Positions 23,001 through 37,577 of a DNA stretch of 45,446 nt are shown piece by piece. This stretch comes from Neovahlkampfia damariscottae. Lineage: Eukaryota. The translations under genes and the position numbers were made by a program. The stretch lies in NCBI GenBank assembly GCA_016618085.1, contig JABLTG010000154.1, positions 1-45,446 of the forward strand, in the 5' to 3' direction. Within the stretch, counting starts at the first letter, position 1. Each line of letters opens with the position of its first letter. The notes under the pieces were generated by a model. The model did not search any database. It was given only the letters and a program-made list of their open reading frames with translations, and was not told the origin of the DNA.

Positions 23001-26000
23001 GCTACTGGTTTATTACCATCTGCAATCATTTTATTATTAAATATAATTCAATTAAAGAATTTTAGTTTTAGAGTAAAAAAAGAGAATGATAAAAAAAAAG
23101 AAGGAAAAATTAAATTAACATCAGAAGATATTGAAAATGTATTTGAACCTAATATTAAAAAAGTAATGGAAGAAGAAGAAGATGTAACCAAAGTTGAATA
23201 TGACCTAGATGGTAGATATAATAATAATAATGATGATGATGATGATGATGATATTATTACAAAGATAAATACAATATTACCAATATTACCAGATAGTGAT
23301 GAAAATTTAAATAAAATTAAAATATTTGAAACTAAAGAACAAAAAGAAAAGAAAAAAAAAAAAGAAGAAAAAAGAATCAAACAATCTAAATTAATATTTA
23401 CAAAAGGAAATGAAATGATTAAAAGAATGAAAGATTTAATAGAATATATTGAATTAGTATTTAAAAGAATAATGATATTACATATGCCAAAAATAATGAT
23501 TATTATATTATTTATTGCATCACAAAATTCAATTAATTCTAAAGGTACATTAAATATGATTGGTTTAATATATTTTTTAATTTCAATGATAATTATACCA
23601 ATACCATATTCATTAACTATACTTTGGATATTTATATTAATATATTCACAAATTAATGTATTTATTTTATATTCATTTCAATTTCCATATTTTAATAAAA
23701 ATAATATTTGTTTAACAAATTTAAAAGATCATTCTAATCCATGTAATTGGTTTGAATGGATTGGTCTTATTAAAAATCAAAAAACAGGAACACCAATTTT
23801 AAATATATTAATTATACCAATATTAGTTCAATTAACTACAATGTTCTTAAGAATGTCAATAAGAATTAGAAATAATTTAAAAGATAAATATATTCCTGGA
23901 TTCATTTTTGATGAATTAAAAATTAAATTTTATAAACAAACATTTATTCAAAAATTAATATCAATTTTAAATTTTATTGGAAATAGAATATTTTATTCAA
24001 TGGGATTTGAATTTTGTTTATTTGTTTTATTAATTGGTTCATTAAGTATGATTAAAACTATTTGGGGTTTAGTTTATTTAGTTTTATTTGGTGTTTGTTT
24101 AATACTTGGTAAAAAACAATGTGAAAAAGGATGGAGAATTATTATGATTGCAATTGAATTTAATATTTTAATTTTATTTTTATTTAATATTGAATCAATA
24201 CCATATAAAGCATTAGATTTATATCAAACTTTAAATGATATTTGGCCATCTTTTAGTTCAAATTTTAAACATTATATTGTTTTAAAACCATCAGATTTTG
24301 CAAATAATCAACAACAAAATTATTTAGTTATTTTATATATTATTTTATATTTTATTTCATTACAATTAAATTTATATTTAAATTTAAATACATCATCATC
24401 ATCATTTAATAATAATAATAATTCAAAAGATGATATTTTATATGTTGAATTATCAACTACTGAAATATTAAATGTTAATCAAATTAAATCTGGTAGAATG
24501 CATGTATTATTAGATAAACCAAAAGGTATTGATTTTACAAAAAGAAAAGGTTTATCAAATTTAATTTTTAAATTTATATTCTTTTCAATGTTTCCATATA
24601 TTGTATTACTTTTGATTTTTATAAGTGGTTCTGCTGTTGGTAATGCAAGTATTATTGGTATATTTGAAGTTACATTATGTCTTTTATATATTAATTTTAT
24701 GGAACGTGTAAAATGGACTGCAAATAAACATTGGTAACCAATCAAATACATTCTAATATTTTTAAAGGATTTGGATTGGTTTCTTTTTTTGGATGAAATT
24801 ATTAATTATTGCAATTTATCAAATACCATTCGTTATCATTTCATTTTCAAATAATGATACAAAATTAAAAATATTAAGAATTGGAAAGAATATATTTGGT
24901 TTAAAAGTATTAAATGGAACTTATGATGAATTATTAATTGAAGTTTTTATTCTTGCATTCTTTTATATTCAAGCAAAAGTAAATTAATTTAAATTAACCA
25001 ATTAGATTTATGATTCAAAATATTATATTTTTTATTTAAATTCTTTATATGAAATATTATTACAAAGTGAAAAAAGACATGATAGAAATATTGCATTTCG
25101 TTCTGAAAGATTAATGATATCTTTAATTAAAAATATGAAAGAAGAAGCAAGAAGACATGAAAATATGAAAGCATTAAAAGAGTTTAAAGGTGTAACTGGA
25201 AAAGATAAAGAAATTTATGAAAAATATAAAGAGATTAGAAATAAACAATTAGATGAAGTAACTAAAGATTTACAAGAAGCATTTGATTCAGTTGCATATG
25301 AAATTAGAATATCAAAAATATTACAAAATGAATTATTAAATTCAGAAGATAAATATAAATATTTAGAAGATAAAATTAAATCTCAAATATCAGTTAGAAA
25401 AAATAATAGAAAAAGAAGTAATTCAATTGATTCAAAATCATTTGAACCATTATCTGGTATAGATTCAGTTCAATCATCTCCTTTAGGAACACCAATTAAA
25501 TCACCAAATATTTCAAATTCAGAATTTGAAAATTTAATATCTTTTGAAAATGTTAAAAAAGAAGATGAAAATGTAGTTACAGAATTAAATTGGAAAGAAA
25601 AATTAGTACATTTTCTTGAATCAAATATTTATTATTATACAAATCTTGCTATTCAATTCTTAGAAACTTATACAGATATTGCAGAAGATTCAGATCAAGA
25701 AGAAGAAATAGAAGAGAATGAAGATTCAGAAGATGATGAATCTGTAATTGTTAATACAAATCTAGACTCAAACCCATCAAACCCAAATCTAGACTCAATA
25801 CCAAATCCAAACCCAAATCTAGACTCAAACTCATCAAATAATCTTGATGGATATGAAATTACTGAAATGAAGACTATTGATGAAGAAGAAATAATACCAT
25901 CACTTTTTAATAAAGAAAATGAAATTATTGATACCAATGATGAACCAATAATGATACCATTAAGAAAATCAAAAGAAAGAGGAATATTAAAAGAAGGAGA

Positions 26001-28610
26001 TAAAAAAAAAAAGAAATCAATTTCAAATTTTCCACTTTCATTTAAAATTATTGATCCAATTGATGCAGAGAAAACAGAAAAGAAATTAAAAGGATTGAAA
26101 GAATTATTCTCAAAATTATTTAACAAAATATTATTATATTATTATTGTCATACTGATGTAATGTGTTATTTTTTATTTGTATTAAGTGTAATGATTAATC
26201 CAACAATATTTTCAATGTTATTTGTTATATTTGCATTTAGTTATGCTGCAATACAATATCCATATCCAAATCAATCTTATTGGATTATTGTTGCATTTGC
26301 AGCACAATTCTTTGTTGCTATTGAATATATTTTAAAAATTGTTTATAAAAATCAATTTGTTGGTGAATTAGATGGTGATTTAAAATTATCAAATAAATAT
26401 ACACTTGGTAATTTATTTGGATGGGAAAATGGTGATTATTTATTATTAGAAATTGGATTATATTTATTAATTGTTATTTTTGTTAAAATACATAGAGATG
26501 CATTAACTGCAAGAGGTGATTGGGAAATGAAAACAAGAAATAAAACAAAAGAAAAAGATCCAAATGAAATGTTTAAAAAAATATTTATTAAAATGGAACC
26601 ATTATCATTTTCAAAACCAAATTCAGATTTAATGACATTAAATAAACAAGAACAACAACAAGAAGAAGAAGAAGAAGGAAAAGAAAAAAATAATATTGAA
26701 GAATCTATTAATCCAATGGAAGATGAAAATATTTATTTAGAATGGTTAAGAGAAACCTTTTTTCAATATGTAAATTCATTTAAATCTATGATTGATAATA
26801 AAAATAAAATTGGTGGAGATTATTATTTTGCAATGATTACAGTTGAATTAGCAGCATTTGTATTATTTTTATTAACATTTCAAACATTTACTGGTAGAGA
26901 AGCAGATGATATTACAGGATCAATTAATTCAGATGAATTATCAGGAACATTAGTTATTATTTTAATATTATTTTTTATGATTATGATTGTAGATAGAATT
27001 ATATATTTATTTACATCATTATTTTGGAAGATTGTATTTCATTATTTTTTAGTTACAACATATTCAGTTGTTTATTTAGTTGTTTATCATTTATTACAAA
27101 TTCAAACTTTTAGTAATAGTTATGCAATATTATATTTAAATTTATTATTTACTTTAAAATGTATTTATTTAATGATTAGTTCAACACAAATTGGATATGG
27201 ATATAGTTCAACAACAAAATGGGCAAGATTAACAAAGAATTATACTTGGACTGGATATTATACATATGAAGCATGGAGAAAAATACCATTTATTTATGAA
27301 TTAAAAATGTTATTAGATTGGTCTTTAACACCAACATCTTTAACTTGGTATTATTGGATGAAATTAGAAGATATTCATGCTACCATTTTTAGAAGAAAAT
27401 TAGAAAATGATTATTGGAGAAATTTAAATCCACCTAGACCAATTGGTGAAAAACAATCATCTTTAATTAAAATTGGAGGTGGTTTTACTGGATTTATTTT
27501 AATTTGTGGTATTATTTTTTTTCCACTTTTATTTTTTTCTTCAATTAATCCAATTCAAACAGATTTTAATTCAATTGAAATTGCAACTACTGAAATATCT
27601 TTACAAGGTTATGGTCAATTATTTAAAAATCATTTTGTTAAAGAAAAAGCAGGAAATTATATCAGACAAACATCTTTAGATCCAAAATATCAATTTACTG
27701 GTTTAGATCCAAATTTAGATCAATTACAAATTATTTCAACAACTGATTATTCTGAAAATTATTGGACCATTTCAAATCCAGCACGTGAAGGTTTAATTCA
27801 AAGATTAAAACAAGATTCACAAGTTCAAAATCCAAAATTAATTGAAAGTTCAATTTTAATTTCATATGAATTTATTAGAATTGGTCCTGAAAATTTAAAA
27901 ACTGTTAAAGCAGATCAACATTTACCATTATCTATTCAACATATTAAAGAATTAGCTGAAGTTATGAATTTTAATTCAACAAAAAGAGAAGTTGTATTTA
28001 ATAATGCATACAATCCATGGATATTTAATCGTGCAAAAGGTTTATCTTCAATATCACATGCAAGTCCATCTCATCAAAAAGAAACATTCCCAAATTGTAC
28101 ATTGTCTCTACAACATCCATCAAATGAAGAAGTTTGGCATTTTACATGTGAACAACCAGATGTTTCATATGGTTCAAATAAAATTAATTCAACTGGTCCA
28201 TTTTATTATATTCAATCAACAAAAATGTAAAATTATATTTTTTTTATTTACTTTTTTAAATAGTACATCTGATTCTGCAATATTTTATGGTGTTGTAAAT
28301 GTATTATCATCATTTGGTATTATTACATTTTGTAAGATTATATAATTCATTTTTTAATATATTTTTAGATACAACATTTATTCTTGCTATTGGTACATTT
28401 TTGAGTACTTATGCATCTTATTTAATTCATAGAATTTATTATGAAGATTTAGATAATGTTGAATTATTAAATGGATTTGTTAATGATATTTATGCTGCTA
28501 GATATTATAAAGATTTTGAATTAGAAGAGATTATGTTTCTTCAATTATTAAGAATATATAGAAATCAATATGTATTAGATATGTGGGGTCAAAAAGAAAA
28601 AATAGATTAA
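20081..28610 (+). CDS. PIEZO: Piezo-type mechanosensitive channel (about 2767 aa), 6 introns
   Basis: Dozens of TM helices; IMIVDRIIYL, QIGYGY, KIPFIYELKMLLDWSLTPTSLTWYYWMKLEDI (PFEW motif), IIFFPLLFFS, C-terminal IYAARYYKDFELEE. Introns 20434-20476, 22906-22953, 24734-24767, 24979-25005, 28227-28263 and 28332-28368 give a continuous frame. Confidence 0.93.
25758..25847 (+). repeat. Coding tandem repeat in Piezo (27-nt unit, NLDSNPSNP-like, about 3 copies)
   Basis: AATCTAGACTCAA recurs three times at 27-nt spacing; the protein reads NLDSNPSNPNLDSIPNPNPNLDSNSSNNLD. Confidence 0.8.
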
Positions 28611-28627
28611 TTTCATTATATATTTCA

Positions 28628-29074
28628 TCATATTTCTTCTTGTAATAATTCTGATATTATATCATTTATATCTTTAATTAAATTTGTATGTTTTAAATTC
28701 ATTTCTTTTAAATTTCTATCAAATTCAAACTCTGATTCATTTAATAAATCATTATTCTTTTTAAATTTAAAATTAGTTTTTAAATATTGTATTTCAATAA
28801 TTAATTTTAAATTTTCTCTTTCATAATTTTGTAATTTTCTAATTATAGATTTTATTTCTTCTTCTTTTTTAAATTCTTTTTCAATTTCATTAATATTCTC
28901 TGATATTTCTTTAAATTTTTTAGTTATATTTTGACAATGATATTGATACACTTTTTCAAATTTAGTATCTAAATAATCTTCAAATTTTTGTTGAAAGAAT
29001 TTATAAGTTTGAACTCTTTCCTCTTGAAGTTGTTTAATTTTTAATATATTTTTATTTTTTTCTTCTTGTTTCAT
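28628..29074 (-). CDS. REX1BD: REX1-B/C19orf60-like coiled-coil protein
   Basis: LQEERVQTYKFFQQKF...CQNITKKFKEISENI...IRKLQNYERENLKL resembles the REX1B family. Confidence 0.65.
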   Translation of the reverse strand: MKQEEKNKNILKIKQLQEERVQTYKFFQQKFEDYLDTKFEKVYQYHCQNITKKFKEISENINEIEKEFKKEEEIKSIIRKLQNYERENLKLIIEIQYLKTNFKFKKNNDLLNESEFEFDRNLKEMNLKHTNLIKDINDIISELLQEEI

Positions 29075-29153
29075 TTTTAGAAATGAATCACTCTTTTGTT
29101 CTTCAAATTAGACCGAATAGATGCACTTTGATTGGTTGAAATAGAAATTAAAA

Positions 29154-30490
29154 ATGTCAACAAGTGAAGAACAAAAAAAGATTGAAGAGTTAAAACAATT
29201 ATTAGTTGAAACACAAAAAAAAGAACTTGACCTTAAAGAGCAACTTCAAAAGTTACAAAAAGTACTTGATGATGAAAAAAAAGAAAAAGAACCAAAAAAA
29301 GAAAAAGTTGAAAAAAAGTAAGAAAAAGAACTTTATTAAAAAAAATAAAAATAGAGAAGAAATTATTGAACTCACAAAAGAACAAGAAGAAGCATTTAAT
29401 TTAATTAGATCTGTTGGAGAGGAGTGTATTAAGGTAGATCTAAATAGATTATTAAAACATTAAAAAAAGGATGAAGAATTAAAAAAATTAATTAAAAGTG
29501 GAAAACAAATGATTGCTTATGATGGTTTTGAACCTTCAGGTAGAATTCATATTGCTCAAGGTGTAATGAAAGCAATGAATGTTAATAAAATGACTAAATC
29601 AGGTGTTAATTTTACATTTCTCGTTGCAGATTGGTTTGCTTTAATGAATAATAAAATGGGTGGAGACTTAAAAAAAATCAAAGTTGTAGGAGAATATTTA
29701 GTTGAAGTTTGGAAAGCAATTGGAATGGATTTAACCAAAGTTGAATTTAAAAGAAGTTCAGATATTATTAATGAAAAATCAGATGAATATTGGTTATTAG
29801 TATTAGATATTGCAAGAACATTTAATGTTGCAAGAATTAAAAGATGTTCACAAATTATGGGTAGAAATGATGAAGATGATTTATCAGTTGCACAATATTT
29901 TTGTAAAACAAAATATTATTAATAATATATCTTTAGATCCATGTATGCAATGTGCTGATATATTCTTTTTAAAAGCAGATATTTGTCAATTAGGATTAGA
30001 TCAAAGAAAAGTAAATATGTTAGCAAGAGAATATTGTGATTTAAAAAAAAAGAAATTTAAACCAATCATTTTATCACATCATATGTTGGCAGGTTTAACT
30101 GGTGAAAAAATGTCAAAATCAAATCCTGATTCTGCTATTTTTATGGATGATAGTGAAAAAGAAGTTAATACAAAAATTAAAAAAGCATTTTGTGAACCTG
30201 GTAATATTAAAGTTAATCCATGTTTAGAATATTTAAAATATATTGTATTACCATATTCAAATGAATTTATAATTTCAAGAAAAGAAGAAAATGGTGGTGA
30301 TTTAAAATATTTAAAATATGAAGATATTGAAAAAGATTTTGTTGAAGGAAAATTACATCCAGCTGATTTAAAACCATCTCTTGCAAAAGCAATTAATATC
30401 ATTTTACAACCTGTTAGAGATCATTTTAAAAATGATAAAAATGCATCTGATCTTTTAAAAAAAGTAAAAGCATACAAAACAACAAAATAA
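29154..30490 (+). CDS. YARS: Cytosolic tyrosyl-tRNA synthetase, 3 introns
   Basis: AYDGFEPSGRIHIAQG, ADWFALMNNK, YPCMQCADIFFL, GLDQRKVNMLARE, KMSKS, LHPADLK. Confidence 0.96.
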
Positions 30491-30492
30491 AT

Positions 30493-33400
30493 TTAATTTT
30501 TAAATATTTTTCTAAAATTATCAAATTCAAAGTGTTCACCACCAATCATCATTAATTTTATTAAATTCTCAATTAAATTTAATTCAAATTTCATTTCCAT
30601 CATTATATTTTGAATTGAATTTAAAAATTCTTTTTTCTTTTCTTTTTTTGAATGATATATTAATGAATATTTAAATATTCTTAATATTTCTCTAATTATA
30701 TCATTTTGATATAATACATCTTCTTTTTTTAAATTCTTCAAAAAAATGAATGATTTAGAAATAATGAATGGATAAATTTGTGAATCAAATATTATCTCAC
30801 CAAACCAACATTTAATCATTTGAAAATAACATTCAAATGAACATTGTGTAATGTATGATTCTTTTAATTCACTTCCTTTATTAACAATTATTAATATATT
30901 TTCTAATTGATTCGATTCTAATTAATTGGTCAATTAAAATATAATTGGGGGACATACTTAAAATTAATATTGAACATTCATGTTCTAATATAGATGTAAT
31001 AAATTGAATAAATACTTTATGTATTTCTGATTTTGATCTATCAATTTCATTCATTGTAATAATATCATTTTGATTAAAATCTTTTAATAATTCTAATGTA
31101 TTTGAAATTATTAAATTAAAAATATCATTATTAAATAAATTTAATGTTTCTTTTTTTAAAATATGTAATATTTCTAAATTAAAGTTTAAAAAATCAAAAT
31201 AATCAAAATTATTTGAAATAGATTTAAACATTTTCAAAAAAATGAAATAAAAATGATCATTTAAAATTTCATTTTTTAAAATGATTAATATAGTTTTCAA
31301 TAAAGAGTATATCTCTGTTTTTAAATTCAATTTTTCATATTTTTCAAATACATTTTTTAAACTCTAAAAATAGATTTAAAATGAATATTATGATATATTA
31401 CCATTAATATTCTTTTAAATAAATCTTTAATATCTAAATTATTTGAATTAGTTGTAAATCCTTTTAAAAAGTTTTTCAAAATTAATAAATTTTTTAATAT
31501 TAAATTTGATTCTGATAATTCTTTTGATAAAATATCATTCATTAAATAGTTAACAATTTCATTAATGATTGAAATAGTCTCTTTGGTTAATTGATTCGAA
31601 ATTAAATATCCTAATGATTCAAATAAAAAGAATCTTTCTTCTTCTTTTAAAATAAAATCATTGGAGAATAAAATATTCTATATTTAGAATTTAAAATTAC
31701 CTTACTTTGATTTGTTGATAAATAAATAATATTTCGTCTAATTTTAACATCTTTTTTAAATTCTTTATAAAATTCTTAAATAAAAAACAACTTCTTTTTT
31801 GAATTAAATTATTTGAATTAATTATTCCTTCTTTTGAAAAGAATAATTCGATTGGATATTTAATTAAATATTCATTTTGAATTATAATCTTATTATATCT
31901 TCCTATTATGTTAAATATTTGTATTTGAATTATATTATAATTTTTGAAAAAGTGTTTCTTTAAAATTTCTAATTTAAAATTGAATTAATAAACCAATCAT
32001 TTTTGAGGATTACCTGATTCTAAAATTAAAACAAAAAATGATTTAAAGAATTCATTTTTTAAATATAAACTTGAAAATATTTCTGGATATTCAAAAAATA
32101 AAAATAATGATAATTCAACATCTTCAACATTTGATTTTTCATTTAAATTTTTAACATTTTCAAATTCAATTTGAATTAAATTTAAACAAAAATCCTTTTC
32201 AATTAAAGATGAATTTTTATATAATATCATCATTTCCTATTTAATATTTTTAATATTTTAAATTGACCAATTACATTTCTATATTCTTGAAAATTTAAAT
32301 ATTCATCATCATTTTCATTAATATTTAAAATTGAATTCATTTTTATATTTCTTTTACATATTAATATTATTTCTTTAATACATTTTGAATGAAATTCATT
32401 TAAACATTTAAATTTATTAATGAATAAAACATATTCTAATAAAAATGAAATTAAATTTTCAGATAAAATTTTAAAATTTAAATATTTTAGAGATATTGGT
32501 ATAATTGTATTTAACATCTAAAAGTATATTTAATAATCATTATATTTACATTCATTGATTTTTCAAAATTTGATTGGTCTTTCATAAACTTTTAAATCAT
32601 TTAATAAATGTTAAATTCTGTTTACTGATTTATTTAATTCAATAATTTCATTTCCTAAAGTAGAAATTAAATTTGAAATATTTCCAAAATATTCTTTATC
32701 AATAATATTATTTTGATCAAAATGAATTGAATTTAAAAAATTAAAAATTTGAATAAAATTTAATAAATTTAATTTATCCAATGGAAACATACCTCTTTTT
32801 AAAATTGAATTTAAACAAAAACATGATTCATTTTTAAATTCATTCATTTGAATTAAATTATAAATTAATTCTAAATTTTGTTTCATTAAAATAAATTCAA
32901 AATCAATCCATTCAATATATTTTGAATAAATTAATAAACAAAATTTAGTTAATTTAAAATGTTTTAAATTTAAAATTGAAATTATAAATTGAATAATATC
33001 TTTTATATCTTTTTTTTTCATTTCTTTTTTTAAATTTTTTATTTTTTCTTCTTCTGGTTTGGATGTTGTTCTTTCAAAATTAGAATCAAAAATTGAATTC
33101 AAAATTAATAATATCATATAACAACAATGTTCATTCTTTAAATATTAAATGAATTAAATTTTTACAATTTTTGAAAGTAATAAAATATCATTAAAAAATG
33201 AATTCCAATTGGTTAAATATTCAAAATGAAATATTAATGAAATTAATTCACTTAATTTATTTAAAATATAAATCTCTTCTGTTCCATTAAAATTCTATTA
33301 TTAATACTTTTACAACACTCTTACTTTTATTAATTTTAATATTTCATTATGTAATATTTTTGTGTTCACATTTTTATATTCTTCATTTTGTTTATAAAGT

Positions 33401-33606
33401 TGTATTAATTTTTGTAAACACCAAAATAAAGATTGACTCTTTTTTGAATAAAAATTAGATTTTAAATAATTTAATGAAAATTCAAAGATACTATTGGATG
33501 TATTTAAATATTGACTCAAATAATTATTAGCTTCATTTTGTTGTTCTTTTGTATTATTTATTGGATCAAATAATATTTCTATGGCTCTTTCTAAATTTTG
33601 ATTCAT
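30493..33606 (-). CDS. XPOT: Exportin-T (Los1)-like karyopherin, about 9 introns, divergent
   Basis: Spliced MNQNLERAIEILFDP, EYLTNWNSFF, YIEWIDF, ILKRGMFPLDKLNLL, FQEYRNE, LFESLGYLI. Helical HEAT-like character over about 930 aa. Confidence 0.75.
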
Positions 33607-33676
33607 TCTTGTTTTTGTTGGTGTTGTTTCAAAAAATGAAGTCAAACCGAAAAAAAAAAATTATCCAATCAAATTA

Positions 33677-34347
33677 ATGTCCACAGAAACGAAAGAAAAT
33701 AAAGTTAGTAAAATTTTGAATGGTACAATATCTATTTTATTACATCTACTATTGTACTTTATTTTATTTTTGGTTATTAGACATATTGTAACATTGGAAT
33801 GGGGTAAGAGAAAATAAAACTAAAAAAAAAAAAAAAAGGTATAAATGATCAATTTTTTAAAGTACCTGTAAAATTTATTGTTCCAACTTTTGGATTATCA
33901 AATTATTCAATACTTATTGAATATCAAGTGAATGATATTATTAACTTCTTTTCATTATTATTTTTATTATTGACTATTATTTCAAGATTTCCTGTTACTC
34001 AAGCAATGATTATGAATGGATATGATAATAATGTACCAAGGTCGGAACAAAGTGAATTTGAAAATGGTTTTTCATTTCGAGCTTTAAATGCACATTTAAG
34101 TTCATACTCTGCATTTTCAATTTTTGCAAGTTTTGCTTTATTTGCAAGAATAGGATATGTTGATGGTCAATTTTTTGGTAAATCAATTTTAATTTATTTC
34201 TTTTCACGTCTGATATATCATATTTCATGTTTATTGAATTTTCAAATTTTGGAGACCATTTCATCATCCATTTGTTTTGTAACTTTAACAAATCTTGTTG
34301 GAACTCTTTGTTTTGTTGTTACATTAGTATTTAAAAAATTTGAATAA
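33677..34347 (+). CDS. MAPEG-family membrane protein (copy 1), 1 intron
   Basis: GYDNNVPRS...RALNAHLSSYSAFSIFAS...YFFSRLIYH, with multiple TM segments. Confidence 0.75.
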
Positions 34348-34424
34348 AAATCAATTCATTTTATTGGTCCAAATATTGCTTGTCCAACAAACCTCATCAA
34401 AGGTTACACAAATTTTATTGATTC

Positions 34425-35092
34425 ATGACCAAACAAAAAGATACTAAACGATCAATATTATCAATAATAGGTGAAAGTATTTATATTTGGGGTTCAATTC
34501 TTGGTATTTACTTATTATTTTTTACTTTTCTATTTTAGCCCTTTATATCATTGGATTTTATTTAAATTATCAAATAATATTAAATTCTCAATGGAAATTA
34601 CCTGAATTTATTCGAAAGGGATTTTCAATTTCTATTAAATCTAATACTAATTTTATTATTGAAATAACCAATCCACCTTATTGGATATTCTTTTTATTAA
34701 ATTTAATTTTACTTTTAATTATAATTTTAATATTTAAAATAAGTCAAATTATTTCAGAAAAAGGAGATATTGAAGAATTATTCATTATTGAAAGATCATT
34801 AGAACGAAATAGTTTACTTGGTAGATTATATGGATGTTATAGAAATGAATTAGAAAATATATCCATATTTGGATTCACATTATTAATATCAACACAATTT
34901 GGTATTAATCATTCTTTAATTTCTAAATTCTCATCCATTTACTTTTTAACAAGATTATTATTTCATTTATTTTATATTTTAAATTTATCAACATTTAGAT
35001 CTATTTCATTTATATTTGGTTTAACAAATAATATACTTTTAATGATTTTAAGTTCATCTATAATTAAAGTATCTGATATTAAATTTGTTTAA
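34425..35092 (+). CDS. MAPEG-family membrane protein (copy 2), 1 intron
   Basis: RLYGCYRNELENISIF...YFLTRLLFHLFYILNLSTFRSISF. ATG at 34425 is joined via a GT-AG intron near 34504-34538. Confidence 0.7.
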
Positions 35093-35240
35093 ATAAATAT
35101 GTTTATTCTTTTTTTATATTAACAAGTTGAATCAAAAAATGTACTAAATTTATTTTGAACAATGTTGTTGGTAGATTAATTCAGTGGATGCATATTTAAA
35201 TATAATATTTTTTTTGAAACAAATAATTACTTTAAACATT

Positions 35241-36107
35241 TTATTCTTTTAAAAAATCATCAATTAATTTATTTATTTCATCTGGTTGTTCTAACATTAA
35301 ATTATGTGATGAATTTGAAATTATAACTTGTTTTGAATTTTTAATTAATGTATTCAGTTCATTTCCATTTTTCATAATACCATCTGTTTCACCAATCAAA
35401 ATTAAAGTTGGTTGTTTAATATTTGATATTTCATTTTTATCAGGCCATTTCATTCCTAATAGTACAGATGAAAATATAAATAATGAATTTAAATCAGTTT
35501 TTGATTTTTCATATTCAATTATTTTTGAATCTGTATTTATATGATATGAAGAACCAGAAAAGAAATATGATAATATTGGTCTTGTTAAATTTAAAAAGAA
35601 TGTTGGTAATTGCCAATATATTGATTTTGTACCACTTGGTAATTCACTTGATGATCCTAATAATATTAATTTTGAAATAGACATTTTAACATCATCTTGT
35701 TGACTTAATAACATTGTTATACAACTACCAAATGAATGTCCAATAATATAATTCTTTTTTGATTTATACTTTAAATATATTTGTTTAAAATCTGATAAAA
35801 TTAAATCAGTTTCATATCTTGAACTATTTTCAAAATCTTTATAACTTGATCCATGTCCAACAAAATCTATTCCTACAATAGTATACATTTTTGAAAAATA
35901 ATTAATTTGACTATCAAAAAAAAAAAAAAATGTTATTAATATTTAAATATTTTTTTACAATCTAAATTGTTCTATTCTTCCTCCTAGACCATGAACAAAA
36001 AATAAAACTTCATCTTTATTTTCATTTTCTATATGAATTAAGTTTAGTTTAGTATTATTTATTTCAATCAATGATGAGTTCTCTTCAATTAGTTTACTTC
36101 CAATCAT
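35241..36107 (-). CDS. Alpha/beta hydrolase (ABHD8-like), 1 intron
   Basis: FFVHGLGG, IDFVGHGSS, IGHSFGS (nucleophile elbow), LIGETD, SHNLMLEQP. Confidence 0.9.
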
Positions 36108-36135
36108 TGTTGTTGACCAATTAGATAGTTGCTTT

Positions 36136-37040
36136 ATGATTGAAGTTACTAACGTCTTTAGAGATTTTGTAAAAGAGAAATCAAAAAATAAAATTCAATT
36201 AAAAAAGACATATTTAAATTATAAAAAGAGTTCTTCCTTTATAAAAACAGCACAAGATTTAGTTTGAAAAATAAAAAAATAACAAAAAAAATAGAAAAAT
36301 GAGATTTATGAAATATTAAATAAAATAAAAGAATACAATAAACTATTTATACAAAATTCGAATATATTTCAAACAAATAAATTTGAAATTGAACAACAAA
36401 TATTCATTACCAATAAAATATCAATAGTCAAAGAAAATATAATTGAATTATCAAAAATATTAAAAGAAATGGATAAAAAATACATAAACAAACAACAACA
36501 AGATCATTATAATTCAATAATTTCTAATTTATTTGACTTTATTTTTATAACTTCTAAAAAATTTGAAGAAATAAAAAAGAAATCATTGGATGATTTAAAT
36601 TTTTCAAAAAAATTATTTGATTCAAATAATGATTTAAATATTGAAAATAATGATTTATTAGATTTTAATGAAAATCAAAATAATGAAAATGATTTACTTG
36701 AAATTGAAAACAAAAATTTAAAATCAGATTTATCAGATTTATTATCTGATATTGAAAATGTTGAGAAATCAGCATATGAAATATCATCTTTAATGAATCA
36801 AATTCAATCAAAATTGGGTGAAGATTCAGAAAAAATTGAAAATATACAAAAAATGTCTGAAGTAAGAATCGAGCCTGAAACTTTTAATTTTTTGAAAAGG
36901 AAACAGATGAAAATATAACTGATGCAAATGAAAATTTTAATCAAATTAAAGATAGATCAGGTAGTTTTTTTGATTATTTTTTTATTTATGCATTTCTGTT
37001 TGCAAGTTTATCAATTTTATTTTTAGATTTAGTAAATTAA
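36136..37040 (+). CDS. STX18: Syntaxin-18/Ufe1-like Qa-SNARE, 2 introns
   Basis: N-terminal EVTNVFRDFV; SNARE heptads IENVEKSAYEISSLMNQIQSKL...ENITDANENF; C-terminal TM ending LSILFLDLVN. Confidence 0.7.
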
Positions 37041-37061
37041 TTTTTTTTATTTCATTTTCTT

Positions 37062-37577
37062 TTAAAAAAACCCATTCTTTTTTATTTCTACCCACTCCTT
37101 ATTTTCATCTTTTGGACTAACTAAATAATTTTCAGTTGCAGTTGAAAAATAATAACGTGCACATTCACCTTTTTCACCATTTAACTTTAAAATAATTTTG
37201 TTTTTTCCTTTCTTTTTTACAGGCAAATGAATAATACCCACCCTTTGTAATATTGTGTAAATATGAATGAATATCATACCAATCAATATCAATTTCACCA
37301 GTAGATTCACTTTTATCATTTACCAATAAGTCATAAGTTATTTTTGATTTTAAATTTTTTTTAATAATATTAATTCGAAAATGACCTCAAATATTTTAAT
37401 ATTTTCTCTATCATACCACTTTTTACAATTGATTCAAAATATGTACCTTCTTCTTTGAATTCTTTTTCTTGAATCATGGAAACTCTCCAAACTGAAATAA
37501 ATAGATTTAAGAATACAAAAATTAAAGATACCTAATGTTGGATCAATTTCAATTTCTTGACTTTTTGAACTGAACAT
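37062..37577 (-). CDS. Hypothetical small protein, about 3 introns
   Basis: ATG at 37577 with ATTGG at 37605. GT-AG introns of 31-40 nt give an open frame ending ECARYYFSTATENYLVSPKDENKEWVEIKKNGFF. The last intron is ambiguous. Confidence 0.5.

Noticed and set aside
25770..25818. AAACCCAAA runs inside Piezo as interstitial telomeric sequence
   Set aside because: They are explained by Asn-Pro codons in a coding tandem repeat.
25695..26126. 143-aa antisense ORF within Piezo, and similar antisense ORFs in fimbrin, TyrRS and the LRR gene
   Set aside because: These are shadow ORFs arising from codon bias on the opposite strand and have no independent protein features.
35093..35240. Unusually long convergent gap as an ncRNA locus
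   Set aside because: It is AT-rich, and no tRNA, snoRNA box pair or stable stem could be recognised.
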